From Podarcis tiliguerta (taxonomy: Eukaryota), in assembly GCA_965153285.1 (NCBI GenBank), contig OZ229117.1: 64,000 nt of DNA. One strand, given 5' to 3'. Numbering within the stretch: position 1 is the first letter of the stretch; every line of letters begins with the position of its first letter. This document shows positions 38,401-48,750 of this stretch, piece after piece. The translations under genes and the position numbers were made by a program. The notes under the pieces were generated by a model. That model saw only the letters and a program-made list of their open reading frames with translations. It was not told the origin of the DNA and did not search any database.

Positions 38401-41400
38401 ACAGCTTCAAGAAGCACACGAATTAAGCCCCAAACTGCACTGGATCATGGCAGGCCCACATCTTTACATGAAAGTCTGCCGCACTATACAAATCAGTTTT
38501 TTGGGGGAGGGGTTGTTTAAAGGGCACAAAGAGTGTGGGTGGTAGGAGCTGACCCCCATTACTTTTATCGCCACTGCCCATGCCACTAAGTGCTTTTCCC
38601 AGAGAGGCTCCAATACCAACACAGCTAAGAAGAAAAGAACCTGAGCGAAAGTTTTGGCATGTCCCTTTAATATCTCTCCTTACATGCAAACAAGGCAGGT
38701 CCAACTTTAAAGTCACCCCCCCCCGCTGCCATCCCATGTAGTACAGGCTTTAGGCTTGCATAACTGTCACAGCTGGTACCATTTCAGGTAAAATTTTGGT
38801 ATGGAAGCAGAGAAATCCTAAAAAGATTAGCCGTATTTGCTCAATACCAAATTACACATTAAGATGTTAGTTCACAGCTCAGCACGAATCCTTAAGTACA
38901 TCTTTAAAAACAAACTTACGCTTGATCCTTGCTGATGGAAACAATGACACAGTCTGAAGGTCGGTCTTTGTTGTACTCCTTCTTTAACTGCTGGTAAAAC
39001 TGCAAGTACAGCTTGTCCCGAAGAAGGTCCTTTGTGTAGTCATCATCTAAAGAGATACCCAGACAGGCTGAAGTGGAGTTGCTTAAAGGACTGCACCCAC
39101 TCCTTGCTAAGACAATTGCAATTTCAGGGTAGGCACATTTTAATAGCTCCTAATAAACAGTCAGAATTTAGGAATACATAACAGGCATCTTGGCCCACAG
39201 GACTGAGACACAGAAGCCAACAATATTTGACATGCCTATCACTGATCATTGGTGCAAGCTGCCAGAGAAACTCTCTCTTACCTTTTTGAGAATATTGGTA
39301 TCTCTCATAATTATCTTCATTCCCTGTTGATGGATGATATTGCTGCCCAAAGAGTTCTTCAAAGCTAACCATACAAGACACAAAGTGAATCAAGCAGAGT
39401 TAAAATAAAACTTCCTGCTATTGAAGAGGACTCTCTCTCTTTACCTTCTCATATTGGGGCGTGTGATTAATGCATAATCATTATTCTTGATGAAACACAC
39501 AAGCTGGTCACTTAGTGCAATGCTGATATCAGTGATACAGCTAATTGGGACACCAGAAGACAAGGGCATAGTGGGGTGTCCTGGTAATATTGTTGAGGGA
39601 GGCATTTGATTGAACATTTGAATCAATGTTTAATAATATGAAGGTATAAAATAAAGAATAAATGAATCACATGGCATTATATATATATAACGTGTGCATG
39701 TTATGTGTACCTGTGGCTCTTGGGCTGCTGTCCCCCGCCCCCATCTGATTCAATTTAAGAGATTAACTGCTGGTTTTTACTTCAAATTGAATTGTAAGTC
39801 ACCTTATAACCTTTCTAAGCTGAAAGTATATAGTAAATATCTAGGTGCAACTTAAGAGCACAGGAAATTAGCTTATAGCAGGCAAGACTCAGGTACTTAT
39901 TTTTCGGCATTGTCTGATTGGCAGCAACTTTCCAACATTTCAAGACAGCAGTTTTACACACCAACTGCTATCCTTCCTTTTCTAACTGGAGATGTCAGGA
40001 AATGCACCTGTGACCTTGTGCATGCTGAGCATGTGCTCTACCACAGAGCTGTGGTCCTCCCAAATTTAGGGTACTCTCATGGCATGAGAAACTGTCTTGT
40101 CAGTGTGGTGCTGGGCATCCTATGCAAAGGCCACAGCTTTGCATGGAATCAGCGCCTGCCTAAAGCCACCATCAACTGTAAGAGCCACATGGGCTGGCTT
40201 TCGCAGTTATCCCCAAAGAGAACTTGAGATCAGCCATTTCTAGCCATTGGGAATAAATATATTATGGAAATTCAGCTTTTTCTAAAAGCTAAAAATAAAA
40301 GTGTATGTATGAACTTCATATGATGTTATACCCTTAAAGTGAATTCATAAAGAGCCAAGTAAAAAGAAACCATACTTAAATCCTACGTTCTAACTGAATA
40401 CACTGAACTGTCAAAACACTGTTATGTGCTGAATCCATTGGTCTGTATCTGTTTCAAAATAGTATATAGCCCAGTTTTCCTGAAATGTCTCAATATATTT
40501 GATGAAAAGAAGAAATTTTAGGACATGAGCTTATTTGTTAACATTGGGTTTCACATCTTCTTTGAGCTTTGGGGATGGGGTCAGGTTATTATTCAAATAA
40601 GTACTGAGAAAACCCCCTCTAACCTGTTAGCATCTTCATAGTCCTTCGAATAACCCTCTGGAGACGAGTAAGAGCTCTTCTGAAAGGTTTTGTAAGGATT
40701 TATGCTGTAAGGCACAAAAATTGTAACATATTTAAGATGCTGGATTGCCATTGTTTGCACCTCTTCTGGAAAGCTCAGTTCTACTTTTACAATATAGTAC
40801 AAGATTGCCAGGTTCATCTATGTGCAGTTATTTACCAGAAATCCCACTAGGTGGTTGATTCCTCAGCCAGCTTTGCCTGCTGGCCACTTATGGATACTCA
40901 TGGAAATACAACCACACTTTGCACAACTGGTATTGGCTTCCTATGCTTATTTTTCTACCCAAAAATGTTACTGTCAGAGAAATTGTGTACTCTTTCCCCT
41001 CAAAACAGAACCACAAAGTTAAACAACTGACCTAGGATAACAAATGCTAGTAGGGTGAATCAGAGAAGAAGCTAATTCAAAAGAACAACAACAGCACAAG
41101 CAATGTCTCCTTTTTATATTTAAATGTAAAAAAACAACATAACCATCAAACTATTTGAAGGTTTTTTAAAAAAAAAATATTTTAAATGATTAAAACATTG
41201 AGGATTACTTACTCTAGAAGTCGTGGAATCCATCCAGGTCTATGCCTAGACCCAAAGTGGAAAAAAGTAGGTTAACATATGCAGAAAATACGCTGCAAGC
41301 ATCTGTCATTAATTACATCACTGTAGAAGTAAAAGGTGCAAATTGTCTTAGAATATGAAGACCTTATAAATCCCAAATGCTTTAAGACAGAATGATAAGC

Positions 41401-44175
41401 TGAAATGATAAAATATGAAATTATGTATTTTTAAAAATGGCTGTAGAACAGAAGCCAGTGTTGCCCGTATTAATATTCTTTTTTATAATAACCTACCCTT
41501 CACCCTTCATGTAAGGAAAAAAATCCCTCAATCAATGAAATATTTTGATGCTCTGGAGGATGGGGGGGGGGGAATTAAATATACGAGATAATAAAGGTGT
41601 AATAGATTGGTCTATGAAAAGTCTGAGGGTATCTTACAAAAAGTTACAACCCAAGACATACTAAATTCTGATCTCTTAACTGAAGAAATACTTAAGAGCA
41701 TTTTTATTTTTACAATGGGACCATCTATTAAAAGAAAACGGTGTAAACATAATGCATCAGAAACCCAGTTAGAAGCAAGGCATCTTAAGAAATGCTTATT
41801 CTGTTCCGAACAGGCAGGATAATGTTCAACAATCTGATTTCTTGGGAAAGAGGTTGTCTGAACCTAGAGAGGGATAGCTATAGAGCAACTCAAACATAAT
41901 AGACTTTCAACAGGGTAAAAAAGAAACTATTTAACATCATAAAGCATTAAGAGAAGAAAAATAATAAGTAAGAGATACGATGATTTAAGGAAGCTGCAGC
42001 ATGCTACTCATGTCAATGAATTATCACTTGATTTCCTTGAACCACTACAATGTAATATTATATTCTAAGTCTAGAAGCCATATCACGGGGAAAGACACAA
42101 ATAGTGCAACCACCCTTTCCTGCCCCCTTCCAGATGAACTCAGCAATCCAGCTGTGCTACACATCTTTGTTTAAGCTGCTGGATTTGAAGTCTGCACAGG
42201 TTGGGTAGAGAAACCCATCCAAAAGAAAAAAGGACAACAGATGTATAGTCTGGAAAGTTAAGTCAAGTATCAGAGGATGACAGCTGCTTGGTCTTGCCTC
42301 ATTTGCTGTTAACTATAGCTAAAGGACAGATAAAAACAAATTCAGTTCTGATGAAGAAATTAGCTTAACTTTGAACATAAGAAGCATCATTCTGAACTCT
42401 TTAAGCAGAGCTTCCATCTAAATACACAAACATATAAAGCCCAAGAGGCCAAGAAACTCAGTGTTCATTATACTGCCCAACAATGTAATGGTACTAAATA
42501 TAGCACACAACTCCAATCTCTTACTCCAAGTAAAGTTACTCTTCAAGTAATCCTTGTTGGTACAGAAGTGTCCCACTGTGCAAGACATTTATTTGGCATG
42601 CACTAGTTGGTGTACTGAAGCAACTAGAAAACAAGGTGGGATAAACCCCCCAGGACAAGCAGCGTTGCCAAGGAATATGTGATAATAACAGCCATTTGTG
42701 GTGCAAAGCAGCAACAGGGAGCTGCTTTTTCATGTAAGAAATATACTTGAGGAAACTACTTATGAGGTTCCATCTTAAAATGTCAAGGTTATCTCATCAG
42801 CGCACCAGTTGCTAGCAACGGGCTGAGAAAACTATTATTAGCTTCTAAAACAGAAGGGAGATTGGTAATATTATTCAGTAAACCCAATACAGAAAATGCT
42901 TTTTCTTCTCACCAATAATTTATTTCAACTGCCTCAAATGTTTCTTACTAAGGAAAGAGTCTCATTTTTTAAAATTCCACTTGCTTTCCTCATCTCACTC
43001 AATTCTAGAAGAGAGAGTAGTTGCAGAAGGCCAAACACTGTTTGGTGGTTGTTTATAACCTCACTGTGTGGTTACCAGTAATCATGGCAACTGATCATGC
43101 CATGAGCTAAAGGCTGTTATTATTTAATGTACTTAAATAATATTACAGTGCCCCCCTCACCCTGCATTTTCCATGCTGCCACATGGTAACATCCTCTTCA
43201 CTGCGTGGGTAGTCACTACAGGACTTTACTAAATGAAAGGAGAACAAGATTGCAGAGGGGCACATGCTCTGCATGCAGAAGCTTCCATCTCGAGCATCTC
43301 CAGGAAGGCCTGTCAGAGTTCTGTCTGAAACCCTGGAAAGCTGTGGCCACTCAGCACAGCAGTAGACAGCACTGAGCTGGAGTACCAAATGTCTGACTTG
43401 AACTAAGGCAAATACCTGACACTAACGAGGTGGAGGGGGGAGATAGCATGTGACCATAATAAATTTATGGGGTAGAATTCCACATGGACTGTAACAAATG
43501 TTTGGACTGCACAATCATTTCAGATTGCCAGACAGAACCCTCCCCCAACTACATCCTGATTTGGGGGTTTTCCTGACACCCCCAGAACCACTTTTTGGGC
43601 GGGTGAAGGCAGGAGAGGGGTAGAAAGCCCTGCTGCGCAAGTGGAAGCCTTTTAAGTGAATCTCGCCTGTAGTTTCTAAAGGTTTTATAATTGCACTCAC
43701 ATTTATGCACAGAATTCTGAATGACATCAACGGGATTATCTCTTGTATTATTAAATGTCAACTTCAAAGTATTTAGCAGAGCACTTAGAAACATATACTG
43801 TGTTGCTTTTAAAAGGAAATGATCATTAAATTGGGAGTAAATCAGGGGCAGGGAAGTTCTGCCCCTCCAGATGTTGCTAGACCAGCTCTCATCATCCCTG
43901 AATATTACTCATGCAGGCTGGGGCTAATGGAAGTTGGCATCCAATAACATCTGGAGTGCCACAGATTTCCAACCCTTCGACTAAATAATTAAGAGCATTT
44001 TACTAACTCTGAAGTAGAAGTAGTTGTAAAACAATTTAACTACAGCTTCTGGAATTATTAAACTCCAACTGTTTTTAACTGTAGAAAAACAAGCAGATAA
44101 TGCAATTTTATTTTACCTCTTTTCTGGAACAGGTGTTTGTGCTTGATCTGTAGTTACTTTGACCCACGAAGACAT
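29411..44175 (-). CDS. NCOA5-like protein (nuclear receptor coactivator 5 paralogue), 422 aa, 10 coding exons
   Basis: Coding exons on the minus strand: 44175-44117 (MSSWVKVTTDQAQTPVPEK), 41245-41213, 40704-40624, 39364-39282, 39046-38920 (..KLYLQFYQQLKKEYNKDRPSDCVIVSISKDQ), 35489-35290 (EYSTAIGHRLQDHGLIVEMIYLTSESGLTRALQEVKNDGSPFCVLV..SCTVIML), 34629-34354 (HRNMPMEDALALIAKAFEK..RHLLFLLSEGKHLYMEELNSISDFLKTRRNKLE), 33357-33136, 32159-32022, 29460-29411 (..KPKFLA*). All introns are GT-AG with matching phases; total 1269 nt. The core aligns by eye with recalled human NCOA5 ([92 protein letters not shown]). The small N-terminal exons and the last exon are less certain than the core. Confidence 0.88.
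30590..31065 (+). mobile_element. L2-type LINE 3' fragment in a NCOA5-like intron
   Basis: GAGGCCCTTCTTCGTGTGCCC...GGCCTTTTCAGTGGTGGCTCCCCAACTGTGGAAT, the same family as 59900-60340. Confidence 0.7.
32679..32845. mobile_element. Tc1/mariner (Tc2-like) MITE, family B
   Basis: TA|CCGTATTTTTCGCTCTATAACAC...GTGTTATGGTGCAAAAAATACGG|TA. Confidence 0.88.
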
Positions 44176-45246
44176 TTCAGTTTCTATATGAGGAGAAATA
44201 ACTATTATTTTCATCAGGGTGAATAATTTCCAAAATAAAAATATTTCACAGAGCTTCTCTTCACATGACAACCATTACACCAATAAAGACACAGTGAACC
44301 ACATGTTTCCTTCAAACTATCACTTCATTCCTGAAATGAAACAATGGCCAAATGTTCAAGACATTTTCTTACTCCAAATTAACTTGTTCATTAACTATAT
44401 TCACCTTTTCACTCACAAAAAAGTGAAGGAACTGCAAAAAATATTACCAGGATACTGAGTCAAGTAGACTTGCTTTCTAATGTCATTTATTTTGAGGGAG
44501 TCTCCAGGTTCACATTCAAAGTCTATTAATATTTAGTATTAGAAATGTATTTTCCCAAGTCAGGTTAACTGAAAGGTTTATAAATTTAGAAATTTCCCCA
44601 TGGTATGTGACCTTCTTGAAACTATATTTTTATGTGTTTATGTACCACGATAGTCTACCTTACATGGGATATTCTTTGGGGGGGGGGCAGATCCCACCTA
44701 AATGAAGAGACAGGTTGTGGACTGAACTTTCTGTTTTTTTCCACTCCCAAAAAAAATTGCTTCTCCAATACGGAATGATGCCTTATGTTTTTCCATCACA
44801 CGAGCGCAGAAAAACACACACCCTTACCCTCTCTGGGGAACTTCAGTCCACAAAATGCTGCATATAATTACAGGCTACCAGTTCAAACGCGATTACATAC
44901 ATTGTGCAAAAAACACACAAAGCAGCGCAAATATAGATTAAGATAGCAGGGAGGGATTTGGAGATTCTTTGATTAAGCAGAGGAAGAGGACATGTAATAC
45001 AAATTCTGCCAAATATATAAATATTGTTACAAAAGCCGGATGCCTGCCTCCCTCTCTCTGCCAATGGGTGGCAAGAGCCCATGGCTCACACCTGGGGCAA
45101 GAAGCTCTATTATATTTTAATGTCCTCTATTGTTCTCTTGATAGCCCTAGCTTAGCCACATAGGTTTGCATAAGCCAGCCCAGGAATTTGCTGTTGACAA
45201 CTGCAATTAGTCCTACAGGAAAAAGCAAGGGATAGTATGCAGATGA

Positions 45247-45766
45247 TCAGCATATGTAATGAGACAGAAATCCAATATCTATATTGAGACCAGGTCTCCC
45301 CATAGTTTTCAGTTTAGTGGTAAGTTGACATTCATCAACTTCTCTTTCAAGTGTGTTTCTGAAATTCTTTTGTAATAAGACAGCTGCTTTGAGATCCTGT
45401 ATTGAATGTCCGGGGAGATTGATGTATTCTCCTACTGGCTTCTCTGTCTTCTGATTCCTGATGTCAGATTTATGTCCATCTATCCTTGGATTCCTGTTCA
45501 CTCGTTAACAGTCGTCAACAGGTTTACCATACCCATTGAGTCAATCACCCATCTCCTACTATGCTCCTGAGAAACCCCCCCCCCTCACTATATATCAGGG
45601 TCTGGTGACTTCTGTTTCTGTGTATCTGAAGAAGTGTACATGCACACGAAAGCTTATTCCAAGAACAAACTTAGCTAGTCTCTAAGGTGCTACTGGACAT
45701 TTTTTTTAATTTTATATATATATATATTGACTGTGTCAGACCAACACGGCTACCTACCTGAATCTA
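45247..45766. mobile_element. Penelope-like element remnant: inverted GIY-YIG ORF end plus pseudo-LTR
   Basis: Minus ORF 45247-45501 (RIDGHKSDIRNQKTEKPVGEYINLPGHSIQDLKAAVLLQKNFRNTLEREVDE..GLNIDIG) matches the Penelope endonuclease C-terminus. It adjoins a + strand pLTR (..TAGTCTCTAAGGTGCTACTGGAC..CAGACCAACACGGCTAC) containing a hammerhead core. Confidence 0.85.
45621..45660 (+). ncRNA. Degenerate minimal hammerhead ribozyme motif in the Penelope pLTR
   Basis: GTAT-CTGAAGA-A-GTGTAC AT GCACAC-GAAA-GC-TT-ATTC. The CUGANGA and GAAA cores flank a stem II, but there are mismatches in stems I and II. Confidence 0.6.
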
Positions 45767-46084
45767 ATACCTAGAAAAGGCAGCTTAAAATAAAAGTAGC
45801 AATGGGTGGGTGTTGGGAGGGAGAGCAGGAGTGGAGCGCTTCCCACTCTAAAGCCACAAGGGTCTTTTTGCCAAAATATTTTTTATTTTTTAGCCAAAAA
45901 ATTTCAATATGGGTGTGGAGGAGAAGAATAGGAAATGGTTCATGTTGAGTTTCTTCAAAGGCTCATCGTTGGGAAAGATTTGCAAGAGTCTCATTCTGTT
46001 TTGCATTTTTTATTGTAGACCATCTGACAGTTTTGCTGTGGATTGTGTGTTTGTGTGCCTCCCCAATACCAAATGTTATTGAAA

Positions 46085-46260
46085 GCCAGCATGGTGTAGT
46101 GGTTACAGCACTGGACCTGGGAAACCAAGATTTGAATCCTCACTGGGTGATCTCAGCCAGTCACTCCCTTTCAGCCTAACCTACCTAACCTACTTCATGG
46201 GGGTAAAAAGGGAAGGAGGAGGCAGCCTAAGGTACACCATTTTGAGCTCCTTAGAGTAAA
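46085..46260 (+). mobile_element. Old tRNA-derived (MIR-like) SINE
   Basis: GCCAGCATGGTGTAGTGGTTA...GATTTGAATCC, remnants of A and B boxes. Similar copies at ~61960-62050 (+) and ~19200-19350 (-). Confidence 0.65.
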
Positions 46261-46666
46261 GCTTGGCTATAAAGACTAAAACAAATAATGAGTCGATGCA
46301 CCACTGCAGTTAAGTATGTAAGACTAGGAACAAGAAGACCCAGCTTCAAATCTCTACTCAAACACATCCCCCAAAAAGCAAAAGCTCTCTGGGTGAGCTT
46401 GAGCCTGTCGCATTCAACTACCTCGCAGGACTGTTGTGAGAATAACATGGTAGCGAGGAAGGGAGGAGGAGGACCATGTTATGCCACCCTGAGTTCCTGG
46501 CATAAAGGACGGATGAAGAAAAACACAATGGTGATTATAAACAACCCAGAGACACGGGGAGTAACGCGGAACAAATATGCAATCCACTTCCCCGCCTCGA
46601 ATCGCCGTCTTGCTACCCTCTTCCCAGTCGAGCCCCCACCCCACCCCCACCCCCGTCCCAACTCAC

Positions 46667-47000
46667 ACGTTCAAGGCTTCACGAATCTTCTTCTTCCGCC
46701 GCCGCCGCCGCCCCCCGCAACGGCCTCAACCTTTTCTCTCCCTTCCCGCAGATGAAACACAGTCAGGAGGAAACTGGGAGGGAGCGCGGCAGGGACGGTA
46801 ACAACAGCGGTGGCAACAACAGCGGCGGCGGCGTGAATCAAAGACAAACACGCTACCGCCCATCCCCGGCTCCTCCTCTTCCGCGGGGCGGAGCATCCTT
46901 CTTCCGCCTGCCTGCCCGAGGGCCGAAAGCGAAGGGTGGCCATTACACGCGCACAGCGCCCCCGGCGCCGCGGCTGAGCTAGGCCGCGGCCTGCTTGGTT
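46667..47000 (-). other. Non-coding (5'UTR) first exon of the NCOA5-like gene, within a CpG island
   Basis: CpG-rich 46550-47100. Donor ACGT|GTGAGT at 46667/46666. Splicing to the acceptor at 44183 gives T|AA ACT GAA ATG, an in-frame stop just upstream of the ATG at 44175. The TSS position is approximate. Confidence 0.7.
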
Positions 47001-47011
47001 TCCATGGCAAC
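46998..47011. promoter_or_regulatory. RFX X-box in the NCOA5-like promoter
   Basis: GTTTCCATGGCAAC is a near-palindromic match to the RFX X-box consensus and lies at the 5' edge of exon 1. Confidence 0.65.
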
Positions 47012-48229
47012 GGCACGGCAGTCTGCGGCGACTCTCCGGTCTCAAAACGCATCCCTATGCACGCTTAGCGGGCTTGTTGATTCGAAATGTTCCTCAGCCG
47101 CCTTTCTTCCAGTGGGGCTTACAAAGGACAGGAACGTCATTCAGTCAAGAGTGCGAATACAGTACAATAGCAACAAAGGATCTGATCCTGCCGCTTCTTT
47201 CCAGTCCTAGTCCAAAACAGAAACTTATATATGAAAGCTAGGGGCTAAATGACACCTTAAACCTAGATTGTGGGCGCAACAACGGAATGTCTAGGCGTGC
47301 TTTTTTCGTAACAAGAATAGAAAGCTGAAAATGAATGAACTGCAGCTAAAATGTTATGTTCATTTTTCACATGGTCTCTAGTCCTTCCCCTGCTCATCCC
47401 CCTAATATTCTTAAGAGGGCCTCTTCTCCAGTCTTCAGAGTGGCTGGAAGTGGGGAGGCAGAAAAAGGTCCCCCTTTCCTTCCACTCTGCAGTTTTAATC
47501 TGAAATCTTAGGCGCAGAGGCTGCTTGCGCTAATGAAATTCCCTGTGGCAAAATGCACCTAGAACAATGTGAGTTTCGAACACTGGTCCAAAACTATAAG
47601 CAACTACAGGACATGGTTGCATGGCTCCAATCCTGTTTTTGCTTCATCCTGGGGAGGTATAAGTTCCAGTGAGGCTTATTTCTCAGAAGTAACTCAGGGT
47701 TGGTTTAGCCTGAGTTAGAACTTACTTCAGCATTAGTGTGTTTTTAAAAAAAATTAAATTAAGCTAAATAACAAGCTATCAAACAATTCAGCATGACACA
47801 GCAAACCTCACAAAGGTCAAATCAGAAATCCCTTATTTTATAGTGAAGGCATTTAGTGCTTTTAGTGAAGACTGGCAAGGACTGTCTTAAATTCTTAATT
47901 TTTAAATAGTGCCGGGGTTTTTCTTTAACACTGTGGGATAAACAACGGCAGCAAATAATGTGCAGCATCAAGAAATCCAAGCATTGTTATTCCTGCTGTG
48001 TCTTACAGTAGTAGACCTGGCTAATAAGCATAGTAGTGGTGCTGATAGTGGTAATAATACTTTATAGAAGTTTAATGTGATCTTTTAGAATTTGTTAGCA
48101 CTATTTTGTGAACCACTCTGGAAGTGCAAATATATAACGTTCATCGGTCAATTAACTGTCAGTGAAACCTCTGCAAAGACACAGCAGGAGCGTAAGGATC
48201 TTTTGCAACCCCTTTTAACAAATTCTAGG

Positions 48230-48750
48230 GACCAGACGATGGGTGGGCGACGGCACAACGCTACTGACCGTTACGCATGCGTATTCTTCTTTGCCCTTTC
48301 CCGTCACCTCCCTTCTTCAGCCTCTTGCCCATACGTAGCCTGTCCAATGAAGACGATGTTTGTTGGACGGCGGGCGCTTGAGGTAAAAACTGCCCAATAG
48401 AAAGAAGCGACGCTTTCATTGATTTGAAGGAAGTTCGAGAGCTTACGGCGCTACATGGAAGGGAGGAGGAGGAGGAAGGAAACCATAGACTTTGCGTCTG
48501 TGAATGGTGGTAGTCTGCGAGTTCTCCTTATTCCCTGCCCCTCACAATGAACTCCCTGGAACAAGCGGAAGGTAATTCGGGGTTCCCCTGAGGCGGGGCG
48601 GGGGGCGTCATAAAGGCACCAGCCTCCCTCCAGGGAAAGGACATTTTGCCTGTCCTATATCCTCCTTTTCTTCCTCTCAGTGTCCCCAAAAGAGTTTCTG
48701 AGGCAGTGAGCCGCCGCGGAAGAGAAAGCGGCTGGACCTGCAAAACTTAG
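48230..48750 (+). promoter_or_regulatory. CpG-island promoter of CNEP1R1
   Basis: CpG-rich stretch around the start codon. CCAAT boxes at 48344-48348 and 48394-48398, CGCATGCG (NRF1-like) near 48274, and GC boxes just inside intron 1. Confidence 0.7.

Noticed and set aside
29411-44175. Calling the gene NCOA5 itself
   Set aside because: It is too divergent, lacks the Arg/Asp-rich N-terminus and has the wrong syntenic neighbours, so the symbol is left blank.
46288-46982. + strand ORFs of 155, 74 and 76 aa
   Set aside because: They span a SINE remnant and the antisense strand of a GC-rich first exon; low complexity and no homology.
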